Assembly: GCA_902595175.1 (NCBI GenBank)
Contig: CACJPB010000003.1
Span: 47,586-111,585 of the forward strand
Direction of reading: 5' to 3'
DNA: 64,000 nucleotides
Source: an uncultured Prochlorococcus sp.
GTDB taxonomy: Bacteria > Cyanobacteriota > Cyanobacteriia > PCC-6307 > Cyanobiaceae
In this document: in pieces, positions 1-10,557 of the stretch
Position numbering within the stretch: position 1 is the stretch's first letter
Layout of the letters: each line of letters opens with the position of its first letter
Notes under the pieces: model-generated
What the model was told of the DNA's origin: nothing
What the model saw: the letters and a program-made list of their open reading frames with translations, nothing else
The model's database searches: none
Made by a program: the position numbers and the translations under genes

Positions 1-259
1 TATTTGTTTCATGAATTATCTGTCTCTGGAGATTAGACTTTTCAACTTGATCGTTATCAACTATTCCAATCCTACCAATTCCTGCTGCAGCTAGATAAAG
101 CAAAACGGAAGAACCAAGCCCACCTGCTCCAATGCATAATACTGAGCTGTTTTTAAGATTTAGTTGGCCCTCATAACCTATCTCTTTGAGGGTCAAATGT
201 TTTTGATATCTTTCTTCTTCATCAGAGTTTAAGAAATGAAATTTTATACCTTTGGACAT
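1..259 (-). CDS. moeB: MoeB/ThiF family adenylyltransferase (5' part; runs off window)
   Basis: Own translation from ATG at 259: [50 protein letters not shown]...[13 protein letters not shown], with the GAGGLG and SNLQRQ motifs of MoeB/ThiF. Confidence 0.85.
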   Translation of the reverse strand, partial: MSKGIKFHFLNSDEEERYQKHLTLKEIGYEGQLNLKNSSVLCIGAGGLGSSVLLYLAAAGIGRIGIVDNDQVEKSNLQRQIIHETN

Positions 260-553
260 TTCGACCCTTTAATTTTTGCGAGATAAACTATGAAAATATA
301 ATAATTAAAATAAAAATTTTAGACTTTTAAATTTTTCGTATTTCCCTAATTTATAAATGTTTTTGTTAGAACTAGACAATAATGTGAAGTTTTTATAAAT
401 CAATTTTAAGTTTAAATATCTTCAGAAAGCATATATACCAAAGCCTCTAAAAAAATACAAAATGTTTCGGTTCGGAATTTTGCACAACAAAAAGGTAGTC
501 AATAGACGTTTTTTCCGATACTGTCTGGTTCATATATTAAGTTTACTGAATTC

Positions 554-919
554 ATGAGTGATAACACTCCAGAGTCAAACCAAGACTCCGGCTCCGATAC
601 AAGCTCAGAAACCAAAAGTTTTTCAGAGAAGTACTCTGATGTTATGGGAAAAGTCAACGAAACCCTAGGTAATGTTGATTGGACTCAAATGGGCAAGTAC
701 GGCAAGGCGGCAGGCATAATTGCTGTTGTCGTAATAGCTCAGATAATAATTAAAGTTGTCATTGACACGATAAACTTTTTCCCAATTCTTCCTGGTTTAC
801 TAGAACTGCTAGGGGTCATTGTTGTCGGTCAATGGAGCTGGCAAAATCTTCGTACCAGTGAAAATCGTGAAGCTGTTCTAGATAAGGTACAAAATCTTAA
901 GAAGACATATTTAGGGTAG
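554..919 (+). CDS. CAAD-domain (CurT-like) thylakoid membrane protein
   Basis: Two hydrophobic segments with the 'PILPGLLELLG' motif typical of CAAD/CURT1. Confidence 0.75.
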   Translation: MSDNTPESNQDSGSDTSSETKSFSEKYSDVMGKVNETLGNVDWTQMGKYGKAAGIIAVVVIAQIIIKVVIDTINFFPILPGLLELLGVIVVGQWSWQNLRTSENREAVLDKVQNLKKTYLG

Positions 920-926
920 TTAAAGA

Positions 927-1805
927 TTACATATTAAGAATTGCTTTTACGTAATCTTGAACTTGGTTTAAGTATCCTCCTCCAAACATATTGGCGTGAT
1001 TCAATATGTGATAAAAATTATAAATAATAATTCTTTTTTCAAATCCGTTTTTTATAGGAAAAATTCTATGGTATTCTTCATAAAATTCTTTTCTAAAACC
1101 TCCAAATAGTTTTGTCATAGCTATATCTACTTCATTATCTGCCCACCAAGATGCCGGGTCAAATATAACCCCCTTTCCATTTTTGTCCATTCCTGCATTG
1201 CCTGACCATAAATCACCATGAACTAGAGCATTTATTGGTTTGTGATTCAGCAATTCTGATTTGATTTTTTCTTTAACTTTACTTATGGTTTCTTTATCTA
1301 AAATTCTCGATTTAAGACTTAATAATTGAGGTATTATCCTTAAGTTTAAAAAACAATCTATCCAATTATCTTCCAGGCCTTTTTTCTGATCTGTTGTTCC
1401 GATAAAACCCTCAACTGGAAACCCAAACATTTTGGGGTTAGATTCAGCTGACTTCAAGTGCAATTCACCTAAACCTTTTCCAAGCTTTTTTTGGTCAAAG
1501 TTATGCATATCTATCCATTCAATTAAAAGAACCTCTATATTTTTTATATTTTTATATGCAATAACTTCAGGAATAACCAAGTTTTCTTGATTAATATATT
1601 TTCTCAAATTTTGGAGACAATATTTTTCAAATTCAAGAAATTTTTCGTTTCTAATGTTTCTTTTAAGGAATAACTTTTTGGTTGAGAATTCTATTCGCCA
1701 TGCATTATGAATATCGCCACCATGTACTTGTTCAATACTTTTTGGATAGGTTTCACCTAATTCTTCACAAATTTCGTTAATTTCAATAGGAGATAATTTT
1801 TGCAT
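927..1805 (-). CDS. Fructosamine kinase family protein
   Basis: GGDIH N-terminal motif and HGDLWSGN...FDPA catalytic motifs. Confidence 0.9.
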   Translation of the reverse strand: MQKLSPIEINEICEELGETYPKSIEQVHGGDIHNAWRIEFSTKKLFLKRNIRNEKFLEFEKYCLQNLRKYINQENLVIPEVIAYKNIKNIEVLLIEWIDMHNFDQKKLGKGLGELHLKSAESNPKMFGFPVEGFIGTTDQKKGLEDNWIDCFLNLRIIPQLLSLKSRILDKETISKVKEKIKSELLNHKPINALVHGDLWSGNAGMDKNGKGVIFDPASWWADNEVDIAMTKLFGGFRKEFYEEYHRIFPIKNGFEKRIIIYNFYHILNHANMFGGGYLNQVQDYVKAILNM

Positions 1806-1809
1806 TTTA

Positions 1810-3315
1810 ATGAAAAAGTCTGAAGTTATTGTTGTAGGCGCCGGTATAGCAGGACTAACTTCTGCAGCGATTTTATCAAAACAAGGCTTATCAGTGACTT
1901 TAATCGAATCTCATACTCAAGCCGGAGGATGTGCCGGTACTTTTAAAAGAAAGAATTATACTTTCGATGTAGGCGCAACTCAGGTTGCTGGTTTAGAGAA
2001 GGGAGGAATACATTCTAGAATTTTTGATTTTTTAGATATTCCATCCCCAGAAGCCACAATTTTAGACCCTGCTTGCATTGTTGATTTAAATGATGGTGGT
2101 AATCCTATACCTATTTGGTATGAAAAAAGTAAATGGATTGCTGAACGAGAAATGCAGTTTCCTGGAAGTCAAAGATTTTGGAAGCTTTGTACTCTAATAC
2201 ATGAAAGTAATTGGATATTTGCTAATAATAATCCTGTATTACCAATAAGTAATTTTTGGGATTTTTCTCAACTTCTCAAAGCACTTGTACCTTCAAATCT
2301 TGTCACAGGTATCTTACTTAAATCTACTATTTTTGATCTATTGCGGATATGTGGATTATCCAAGAATGAGCGCCTGATTAAATTCTTAAATCTTCAACTA
2401 AAACTTTATTCTCAAGAGGACGTTTATAGTACTGCAGCATTATATGGATCTACTGTTCTTCAGATGTGTCAACAGCCACATGGTCTGTGGCATCTTAAAA
2501 AATCTATGCAGTCTTTAAGTGAATCATTAGAAAGTTCATTAATTAAAACTGGAGTTAATTTAATTTTTGGACAAGAAGTTAATTCTATAACTTTTGACGA
2601 CGTCAATATGCGTTGGCAACTATCTGCTAATTCGAAAAAAAAATCATTTATTTATCAAGCAAAACATGTGATTTATACTGCACCTCCACAATCTTTGCTT
2701 AAGCATTTGAAAGAACCTTTAGAAAGAAAAAAAAATTATAAAAATCGACTTAATAATTTGCCTGATCCAAGTGGAGCTGTAGTTTTTTATTCAGCCTTAA
2801 AAAAGGAACATATTAAAAAAACATTATCCAATCATTATCAATTTGTTTCAAAAGAATTTTGTTCGTTATTTGTATCAATTAGTGATGATGGTGATGGAAG
2901 AGCGCCAAAAGGGGAGGTTACCTTAATTGCCAGTATCTTTACCAAAACTAAAGATTGGATAGATCTAGATAAGCAAACTTACTTAAAGAAAAAAAATGGT
3001 TTCATGGAAAAAATATCCCTTGAATTGGAAAGTCAATTTGATATTGATCCTGAAAAATGGCTACATAGAGAATTAGCAACTCCATTGGGCTTTGAAAAAT
3101 GGACAAAAAGACCTAATGGAATAGTAGGTGGGCTTGGTCAAAATCCAGATATTTTTGGTTTATTTGGATTATCAAGTAGGACACCTTTTGAAGGTTTATG
3201 GTTATGTGGAGATTCGATTTATCCAGGAGAGGGGACTGCAGGTGTTAGTCAGTCTGCATTAATGGTTTCAAGGCAAATTTTAGCTTCCAAAGGTATAGAA
3301 AATTTTAGTTTATAA
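1810..3315 (+). CDS. crtD: CrtD-like carotenoid C-3',4' desaturase (FAD-dependent, CrtI superfamily)
   Basis: GAGIAGL FAD motif, 'FDVGATQVAGLE' and C-terminal 'LCGDSIYPGEGT'. Confidence 0.75.
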   Translation: MKKSEVIVVGAGIAGLTSAAILSKQGLSVTLIESHTQAGGCAGTFKRKNYTFDVGATQVAGLEKGGIHSRIFDFLDIPSPEATILDPACIVDLNDGGNPIPIWYEKSKWIAEREMQFPGSQRFWKLCTLIHESNWIFANNNPVLPISNFWDFSQLLKALVPSNLVTGILLKSTIFDLLRICGLSKNERLIKFLNLQLKLYSQEDVYSTAALYGSTVLQMCQQPHGLWHLKKSMQSLSESLESSLIKTGVNLIFGQEVNSITFDDVNMRWQLSANSKKKSFIYQAKHVIYTAPPQSLLKHLKEPLERKKNYKNRLNNLPDPSGAVVFYSALKKEHIKKTLSNHYQFVSKEFCSLFVSISDDGDGRAPKGEVTLIASIFTKTKDWIDLDKQTYLKKKNGFMEKISLELESQFDIDPEKWLHRELATPLGFEKWTKRPNGIVGGLGQNPDIFGLFGLSSRTPFEGLWLCGDSIYPGEGTAGVSQSALMVSRQILASKGIENFSL

Positions 3316-4144
3316 AATTTTGTCTGTTTTCTTTTGCTTCAGCAAGTTTTTTAGAAAGTAAATCCCAATTTTTTTCTTTAATAAGAGATTCCAGTATATT
3401 CAGCTTATTTTTAAAATTATTTATGGAATTTAAAACATTAATCTGATTATTAATAGCTAAATCTAGGCCTAGTTGTTCATTGCCTCCGCCAACTCTCGAA
3501 GTGTCAGCAAATCCTGTAGCAGCTAATTTTTGCGAGAGATCTAATAAAGATTGATTATTTTTTGTTTGCGCAGTTTCTATGAGGGCAGAAGCTAAAAATA
3601 TAGGCAAATGAGAAATTAGAGATACTGCTTCATCATGCTCTTTTGGCGAAGCTTGGCAAATTTCACAATCCATTGATTTTATGAGCTCGGAAATAGTTTT
3701 GACTGAATTTAAATCACTATTTTGTGTTGGGGTAATAATCCATTTTGCATTTTTAAAAAGACCTTCAAAACCTGAATCAACTCCTTTTTTTTCTGTGCCT
3801 GCCATTGGATGAGATCCAATAAATAGAGGATGTGAATTTTCCCATGTATTTACAATTGGTTCTTTTACAGAACCTACATCAGTTAATATTGCTTGCTGAG
3901 GTATTGATGCTACTAATTGTTGCGAAGGACTGATCAAATCTTTGATAGGCAATGCCAAAATTATTAGCTCACATTTTTTTAATAAGCTCAGATCACAGCT
4001 AACAAAATTTGCAAGTTTTTTATCCTTAGCTTTTTTTTCATTAAATTCATTATTTGCTATTCCATAAATTGTATGATTTAGACTTTGGAGTTTTAATCCT
4101 AAAGAACCACCAATTAATCCTAATCCTACTATTCCAATTTTCAT
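3305..4144 (-). CDS. tyrA: Prephenate/arogenate dehydrogenase
   Basis: GLGLIGGS, DVGSVK, HPMAG and SHLP motifs. Confidence 0.92.
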   Translation of the reverse strand: MKIGIVGLGLIGGSLGLKLQSLNHTIYGIANNEFNEKKAKDKKLANFVSCDLSLLKKCELIILALPIKDLISPSQQLVASIPQQAILTDVGSVKEPIVNTWENSHPLFIGSHPMAGTEKKGVDSGFEGLFKNAKWIITPTQNSDLNSVKTISELIKSMDCEICQASPKEHDEAVSLISHLPIFLASALIETAQTKNNQSLLDLSQKLAATGFADTSRVGGGNEQLGLDLAINNQINVLNSINNFKNKLNILESLIKEKNWDLLSKKLAEAKENRQNFIN

Positions 4145-4239
4145 AAATTAATTAATTCAAGACCCTCTTTTATTGATACCAATTTTTTGTATATTAGGTT
4201 CATAAATTTTGCATGTTTTTGGAATTAAATTAATTATAA

Positions 4240-5688
4240 ATGCTTGAAATTTTAAGTCATCAATATTTGAAAAATTTTTTGAGAGATCAAAGTATTAATT
4301 GGGAGCACATATATTCTTTTGGGAGGATAGTTTCCAAATGTATTGAAAATGATTCTACCTATCTAATTAATTCAGAAATTTTCTCTAGCTATGATTGGTT
4401 ACCTCCAATTTTGATTTCTTTATTTTTAAAGGAAGAGGATTCAACTTTTATTTTATCTAAAGAAAAAATCCAATTTATAAGCCAATTTCAGATTGATTCA
4501 TTGAAAAATCTAGGTTTTAATTTTATTTTTGAAAATGATCAATTTATTTTTGCAAATCATCATGTTCACTTGATAACTATCCAAAATTTTCTTAAAAATC
4601 CAAATTCTCGTAATCTTAGAAATCATCGAATAGTTTATTCAGGAATTGAGGATATAAAACATGATTTAAAAAATTATTTTAGGATTTCTTTACTTAAAAA
4701 GGATTGGACAAAAAATTTTAAAGAATTTGAATTAATCAATCAAAAATTTATAAAAGTATATGATTCGTTGAAGAAAAAGTTCTTCTTGAGGAAAGTATTA
4801 GGAAATAACTATATCAATTTAGATGAAAAAGAAATTAGTTTCTTGTCAAACTTTTTTCATGAAAATTCTTTTTTTTCTGATAAATTTTTAAGCGTCAACA
4901 AAGCATTATCTCAAGGTTGGGCATGCTGGGTACAGTTAAACGATACAAATTTAGATTGGAATTTGTATTTACAACCAATAGATGAACTTTTTCAAATTAA
5001 GGAATTTTTTTCAAATAATAAATTTGTTTTTTTATCAGCATTGAGAAAAGATAATTTTTTCCAAATGTATTTTAAAAAGCATAGTTTAGATATTGACTTG
5101 GTTATTAATTTTAAGAGTAATTTTGATGAGAAAAAGATTTCTTTATATATACCCTCTAAACAGTTTCTTCCTAATAATCCTCTTTTTACCAATTCAATCT
5201 TGGACAAATGCAAAAAGTTAATACTTTTTAGAAAGGGTTTAACTTTAGTGTTGTCAGATGATATTGATTTAAAAACTAATCTTGCTACAGAATTAGCTTC
5301 TACTTATGGGAAGAGAGTATTGCTAGAGACAATTCCCTCAGGTAGAAATGAAATCCTTTGCTCTAGTTTTGACTGGTGGATTATGAATTCTAATTTAATT
5401 CAAATTCCAGAACAAATTATCATTCCTTTACTTCCGATTCCGAATATGTCAGAACCCATTAATGCAATTACTGTCTCTCATAAAAAGAAGCTTTCTCAAG
5501 ATTGGTTTAGAGACTTCTTTCTTCCTCAAGCTAGAATTAAACTTGAAAGATCTATTTCTCCATTAAGAAGAAATTCAGGTAAGTTAATAATCCTAGATGG
5601 AAGAGCAAATAAAAGAAACTGGGGAAGATTACTTTTGCAAAACATTCAACCCTCAAAACAAATTAACTATATGCTACCTTTTGATTAG
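4240..5688 (+). CDS. DinG/Rad3-like helicase C-terminal domain protein (degenerate)
   Basis: C-terminal 'IIIPLLP...ERSISPLRRNSGKLIILDGR..WGR' resembles DinG motifs V-VI; no Walker A or DEAH motif visible. Confidence 0.6.
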   Translation: MLEILSHQYLKNFLRDQSINWEHIYSFGRIVSKCIENDSTYLINSEIFSSYDWLPPILISLFLKEEDSTFILSKEKIQFISQFQIDSLKNLGFNFIFENDQFIFANHHVHLITIQNFLKNPNSRNLRNHRIVYSGIEDIKHDLKNYFRISLLKKDWTKNFKEFELINQKFIKVYDSLKKKFFLRKVLGNNYINLDEKEISFLSNFFHENSFFSDKFLSVNKALSQGWACWVQLNDTNLDWNLYLQPIDELFQIKEFFSNNKFVFLSALRKDNFFQMYFKKHSLDIDLVINFKSNFDEKKISLYIPSKQFLPNNPLFTNSILDKCKKLILFRKGLTLVLSDDIDLKTNLATELASTYGKRVLLETIPSGRNEILCSSFDWWIMNSNLIQIPEQIIIPLLPIPNMSEPINAITVSHKKKLSQDWFRDFFLPQARIKLERSISPLRRNSGKLIILDGRANKRNWGRLLLQNIQPSKQINYMLPFD

Positions 5689-5717
5689 GTTATGATTTTG
5701 TAAATAACTAAAGAAAA

Positions 5718-5963
5718 ATGGGAGAAGCAAAAAGACGTAAAACGCTTGGTTTACCTCCAAAAAAAAATAATACTACAACTAAAATTGATGAGTCTCCAAG
5801 ATTATTTGAATGGCTTCCCTTTACAATCAATCAAAGAGATAACCTAATTAAATTAAGTATTAAGGCCAGTTGGTTTGGAATCGGAGGGTTAGTAATCTTA
5901 TGGATTGTAGTGAGATTTATAGGCCCTGCTGCTGGGTGGTGGACTTTAGCTGATTCTTTATAA
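5718..5963 (+). CDS. DUF2839 family small membrane protein
   Basis: MGEAKRRK start and C-terminal TM segment 'WIVVRFIGPAAGWW'. Confidence 0.75.
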   Translation: MGEAKRRKTLGLPPKKNNTTTKIDESPRLFEWLPFTINQRDNLIKLSIKASWFGIGGLVILWIVVRFIGPAAGWWTLADSL

Positions 5964-5965
5964 AT

Positions 5966-7063
5966 CTAAGCTACTGTTTTTATATCATTAACAGCGATTG
6001 TATTAGCAGGATTGCTATTTAATGCTTTCATTGAATTAGAACTGACTTCAGTTCCTTCTGTTAATTTCTCTTTAACAATAGATTCTACTTTATTCCTGAT
6101 TTCTAAGTTTTGATCAAGCCAAATAATTGTATTATCTCTTCCTTGTCCAATATTTTCTCCTTCATAACTATACCAAGCACCTCTCCTTATGATGATATTA
6201 GTCTCTTCTGCTAAATCTAATAAGCATCCTGTTGTACTAATACCTTTCCCAAAGAGAATATCAAATTCTGCAATTCTAAATGGTGGTGCAACTTTGTTTT
6301 TTGCTACTTTCACTTTTGCTCTTATGCCATATTCCTCAGTACCTCTTTTAAGAGTTTGAATTCTTCTGATATCAAGTCTTACTGAGGCGTAAAATTTTAA
6401 TGCATTACCTCCTGTGGTTGTTTCTGGATTGCCGTATGTAACGCCAATTTTTAGGCGTAATTGATTCAGGAATATTACCGTACATCCAGATTTGCCAATA
6501 TTTCCTGTTATTTTCCTCATTGCTTGGCTCATTAGCCTTGCTTGGCTTCCAATTACGTGATCTCCCATCTCTCCTTCTATCTCGGCTCTTGGGGTTAGTG
6601 CTGCGACCGAGTCAACAACTACAAGATCTACCGCACTCGATCTTATAAGTTGGTCAACTATTTCTAGAGCCATTTCACCAGTATCTGGCTGTGAAACTAA
6701 CAAATTTTCAACATCAACACCTAAAGAGGCGGCGTAAACTGGATCGAGTGCATGCTCAGCATCTACAAACGCAGCTACTCCTCCATTTTTTTGGACTTCC
6801 GCAATCGCGTGCAGCGTCAATGTAGTTTTTCCTGAACTTTCTGGTCCGTAAACTTCTACTACTCTTCCTTTTGGATAGCCTCCTCCTAATGCTAAATCTA
6901 AGGTGAGCGCTCCAGTAGATATTGTTTCTACTTTCATTCTTGAGGCATCACCAAGTCTCATTATTGAACCTCGTCCAAAATTTCTTTCTATTTGACCTAA
7001 GACAAGACTTAATGCCTTGTCTTTTTCTTTTGATTCAGTTTTTTTCTTTTCTTCAAGGCTCAT
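5966..7063 (-). CDS. recA: Recombinase RecA
   Basis: GPESSGKTT Walker A and full RecA signature. Confidence 0.99.
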   Translation of the reverse strand: MSLEEKKKTESKEKDKALSLVLGQIERNFGRGSIMRLGDASRMKVETISTGALTLDLALGGGYPKGRVVEVYGPESSGKTTLTLHAIAEVQKNGGVAAFVDAEHALDPVYAASLGVDVENLLVSQPDTGEMALEIVDQLIRSSAVDLVVVDSVAALTPRAEIEGEMGDHVIGSQARLMSQAMRKITGNIGKSGCTVIFLNQLRLKIGVTYGNPETTTGGNALKFYASVRLDIRRIQTLKRGTEEYGIRAKVKVAKNKVAPPFRIAEFDILFGKGISTTGCLLDLAEETNIIIRRGAWYSYEGENIGQGRDNTIIWLDQNLEIRNKVESIVKEKLTEGTEVSSNSMKALNSNPANTIAVNDIKTVA

Positions 7064-7147
7064 TGTTTGATTTATCGGTTAAAGCTTTTGTAATTATTCT
7101 AAATTTGGAAATTTTTATTTAAACCAAACTTCATAAATACAAACTAT

Positions 7148-7161
7148 AGTACATCTGTACT
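7148..7161. promoter_or_regulatory. LexA (SOS) box upstream of recA
   Basis: Palindromic AGTACATCTGTACT about 85 bp upstream of the recA start; fits the cyanobacterial LexA consensus AGTAC-N4-GTACT. Confidence 0.85.
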
Positions 7162-7175
7162 CTAGCTGATTATCT

Positions 7176-7955
7176 TTAAATTGCAAGTAATTCTCCAAGG
7201 TTTCCTAATTTTAATAATTTGATTTCATTACTTAAATTATCTTTATCTGATTCTTTCAAATATCCCCAATCTGCTAGGAAGCAAGGAATGTGAGAAGTTT
7301 CTGAATTTTGTTTAATATCGATTAGAGTTTTTTTTCTATCTTCTATAAAGCCTAAAATTTCATAAGTCTGTATAAGTTTTTCAGCTATTTTGATTTTTGT
7401 TCCTGATTCATAACCAAAAATAAATTCTGGAAAAATATTTAATTGTCTAAGAATTTTTTCTGCAAATATTTTACCTTTAGTTGTTATGACTCCAGTTTTT
7501 ATTCCTCTTTTGCTTAATTCTTTCATAAAATTTATAATTTCAAAAAAAGGTTTATGTAAATTTACCCACGATTTAAAATCTTTATTAATTTGGTACTTGC
7601 GAGACTTATCTAACATTTTTTGTATATCTTCTGCTATCCAGGAATTTTCATTTAATATCCTCTGGCAATTTTGATGATAGTTATTAATGAAATCTTCTTT
7701 ATTATCAATTTTTAATGGATTTTCTGTTTTTATAATTTCGTGAACAATTAGAATCATTTCCCAACCATATTTAACCCAAGGCCTAATTTCTTTAAAAGAA
7801 TTTGGTACTTCTTGATAAAGTTTTTGATCAATAGTGATGTTGGGTGAATTTAAATATCTTTCACAGGCCAGCAAGGAGCTATGCCAATATTCTTGCATTC
7901 CATCAACTATTACTCCATCAAAATCAAATAGAAAAATTTTTTGAGAAGACACCAA
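7176..7955 (-). CDS. HAD-superfamily hydrolase
   Basis: FDFDGV motif I, TTK motif II, EDR motif; start codon uncertain. Confidence 0.85.
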   Translation of the reverse strand: MVSSQKIFLFDFDGVIVDGMQEYWHSSLLACERYLNSPNITIDQKLYQEVPNSFKEIRPWVKYGWEMILIVHEIIKTENPLKIDNKEDFINNYHQNCQRILNENSWIAEDIQKMLDKSRKYQINKDFKSWVNLHKPFFEIINFMKELSKRGIKTGVITTKGKIFAEKILRQLNIFPEFIFGYESGTKIKIAEKLIQTYEILGFIEDRKKTLIDIKQNSETSHIPCFLADWGYLKESDKDNLSNEIKLLKLGNLGELLAI

Positions 7956-7968
7956 TTGAATATTAGAA

Positions 7969-8040
7969 CTGGGCCGCTAGGATTCGAACCTAGGAATGTC
8001 GAGACCAAAACCCGATGCCTTACCACTTGGCGACGGCCCA
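7969..8040 (-). tRNA. tRNA-Gln(TTG)
   Basis: Minus strand TGGGCCGTCGCCAAGTGGTAAGGCATCGGGTTTTGGTCTCGACATTCCTAGGTTCGAATCCTAGCGGCCCAG; cloverleaf, anticodon TTG, T-loop GTTCGAATC. Confidence 0.97.
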
Positions 8041-8143
8041 TTGAATTATCATTTTAATACATGAGAAGATTTTTTTCTATCCAAAAAATACAAATTTTTT
8101 ATAAACATGGCGCTAGTTTTGAAAAATAAAAATATTATTTGAA

Positions 8144-9142
8144 TCAGCTCGATTTCCATGGCTCTAGAAATTTCTGAGCTTTTTTGATCGCCAAACCCAT
8201 TATTTCAGGATACTCATAGAGTTTTTTGTTATTTTTGTGAGCAAATTCAATAAGGGGCTGCATAATTTTTCTTGCAGCACTTCCAAATGCTATTCCATCT
8301 GGGAGATTGTTTGAATTCAACAATTCATGAGTTTTTTCATTTGTTCCTCCTGCTAATTGAATTAATCCTGGTGGAAGATCTGAACCTATTTTTTCAAACA
8401 ACTTAACGGCATCTCTACTTGTTGTAGGAGCAAGATCTCCAGACATTGGCCTTCCATCTAGTTGCCAAATAAGGGGAATATCTAGCTCATTCAGAATTTC
8501 ATATCTTTCCCAAAAAGCTTTCAAAAGATCTTCCGGCTCTTGGGCTTTTTTGAAAGATTGATTTAATCCACAACTAATAGATATCTTGTCCAATTTCATT
8601 CCAGAACTTTTAAGGATACTTACAACTTTTGTAAAAGAATCTAGGCGATTGATTTCTGTATGAATTTCTACTGCATTAGGCCTTATTTTTTGAAGTGTTG
8701 ATGCTAAATCATTTTTTGACAAATTATATTCATATTCACTAATTAGATTTAGAGGACAACTATTTAAACATCTTCCACATCCATAACATTTACTCTCTTT
8801 AATTCCGAAATTATCAATTGCAAAGGTGGGGCATACTTTTTCGCATGGTCTTGGACAACTAGGGGGACATTTTAAAGGATCAAATTTTGCTTTTCGAAAG
8901 TGGATATCATTTCCATCACTAATACTTATCATTAATCCAGGGGATTTTTTAAAGACTTTTTTTGCCCAATCGATTCCTTTTTTTGCTGCATAAACTATAG
9001 ATTCTTCTGCTGCAACATCTATGTAGTCGACACCAGCAGCAGTATAAATTGCACATAAATCTTCTATGGCAACAATATCTTCATTACTGGCACCACAAAT
9101 TAACTTAATCCATTTATCTTTTTTATTCTTGATTTTAATCAA
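8144..9142 (-). CDS. ldpA: LdpA Fe-S protein (circadian input, light-dependent period)
   Basis: KLICGAS, HFRKA, CPPSCPRPCEKVCP and CYGCGRCLNSCP ferredoxin motifs, QLDGRPMSGD, QLAGGTN. Confidence 0.88.
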   Translation of the reverse strand: MIKIKNKKDKWIKLICGASNEDIVAIEDLCAIYTAAGVDYIDVAAEESIVYAAKKGIDWAKKVFKKSPGLMISISDGNDIHFRKAKFDPLKCPPSCPRPCEKVCPTFAIDNFGIKESKCYGCGRCLNSCPLNLISEYEYNLSKNDLASTLQKIRPNAVEIHTEINRLDSFTKVVSILKSSGMKLDKISISCGLNQSFKKAQEPEDLLKAFWERYEILNELDIPLIWQLDGRPMSGDLAPTTSRDAVKLFEKIGSDLPPGLIQLAGGTNEKTHELLNSNNLPDGIAFGSAARKIMQPLIEFAHKNNKKLYEYPEIMGLAIKKAQKFLEPWKSS

Positions 9143-9147
9143 ACAAT

Positions 9148-9624
9148 TTAACTTTCAAATTCATCCAAAATATAATTACTTAATGGTTTCCATTCAAGTT
9201 TTCTTGAACCCCCCATTTCAACAACTATTGTTAGTTTATTATCGTTAGTACAAATCTCTATTAAGCTCTCTAATTCAGATTGAGATAATACTTGACCTTC
9301 TAATAACCAAAGTAATTTATTTTTATCATTTTCATTAAATAACTCAGAAGCTTGTGGGATTACTTGTTGAACTTCCCCAAGCGCTCCGTTTCTTCCTACA
9401 CTTTGATGACCAAGGTGAGGTGGTCTAACGCCATGTAATTTGAGCAAGAAAACTTCTGGATCTCCAAGACCTCTTGCTGAAGTTATAAAAGTTTTAAAGC
9501 CTTTGGCCCTCATTCTCCTCAAAAGACGAGTTTCATAACCACCCTCAAGAGGAGCAAATATTGCGAGACATTTGTTAGTTTTTAAATCGTTATGAAATTT
9601 TTTCCCTGAGAGAAGTAATGGCAT
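9148..9624 (-). CDS. ndhN: NDH-1 complex subunit N
   Basis: '[19 protein letters not shown]...[18 protein letters not shown]' NdhN signature. Confidence 0.93.
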   Translation of the reverse strand: MPLLLSGKKFHNDLKTNKCLAIFAPLEGGYETRLLRRMRAKGFKTFITSARGLGDPEVFLLKLHGVRPPHLGHQSVGRNGALGEVQQVIPQASELFNENDKNKLLWLLEGQVLSQSELESLIEICTNDNKLTIVVEMGGSRKLEWKPLSNYILDEFES

Positions 9625-9903
9625 AAAAATTTCCTTTATTTCTATTTTATTTTATTTTATGGTACTTGATGATGTACAATTGTGATTCAGTGAATTTTTA
9701 AGCTCGCAAGCTAGCCTAGCCTCTGAAAATTTCACATTTTTTAGCGTTTCGTTAAAAAACTCAGGTGGGTTTATCCCGAGAGAAACTATCTATTATTTCA
9801 GATAAGTCTCGACCTTACTAATTGTTTTTTTATTAACTTCACCTTAATAACTGAAAGGTTTAGATAATTTAAAAATTATTACAAGCTAGCCTAATTTAGT
9901 CTT

Positions 9904-10557
9904 ATGTCTATCGGAATTTTAGGAAAGAAATTGGGTATGTCCCAACTTTTCGATGATAAAGGTAATTCGGTACCAGTTACTCTCATAGAGGCTGGTCCGT
10001 GCCGCGTCACTCAATTGAAAACAACTGCTTTGGATGGTTATACCGCCGTTCAGATAGGTTATGGCTTGTCCAAAGAGAAGCATTTAAGCAAACCTGAAAA
10101 GGGACACTTATTGAAATCAGGTGAAGAACTTTTAAAGCATTTGAAAGAATATAGGGTTGAAGAAACTTCATCTTATGAAATCGGAAAACAAATAACTGTA
10201 AAAAACTTTGAGGTTGGTCAGAAAGTTGATATTAGTGGCAAATCTATGGGTAGAGGTTTTGCAGGTTACCAGAAAAGACATGGTTTTAGCAGAGGTCCTA
10301 TGAGTCATGGTTCAAAAAATCATAGAGCACCAGGATCTACAGGAGCGGGAACAACTCCGGGTAGAATTTATCCAGGGAAAAGAATGGCAGGAAGATATGG
10401 AGGAAAACAGATAACTACCAAAGGATTGTTAGTTCTAAAAATTGATGATCAGAAGAATTTGCTTGTAGTAAAGGGTTCTGTTCCAGGTAAGCCCGGCTCA
10501 ATTGTCAATATTAAGCCAAATAATGTTGTAGGCAAAAAGGGAGGTGAAAAATCATGA
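9904..10557 (+). CDS. rplC: 50S ribosomal protein L3
   Basis: [19 protein letters not shown]. Confidence 0.99.
   Translation: MSIGILGKKLGMSQLFDDKGNSVPVTLIEAGPCRVTQLKTTALDGYTAVQIGYGLSKEKHLSKPEKGHLLKSGEELLKHLKEYRVEETSSYEIGKQITVKNFEVGQKVDISGKSMGRGFAGYQKRHGFSRGPMSHGSKNHRAPGSTGAGTTPGRIYPGKRMAGRYGGKQITTKGLLVLKIDDQKNLLVVKGSVPGKPGSIVNIKPNNVVGKKGGEKS

Noticed and set aside
7969-8143. tRNA-Gln as a second integration site
   Set aside because: I found no duplicated 3' fragment of this tRNA, and it is directly flanked by core genes.
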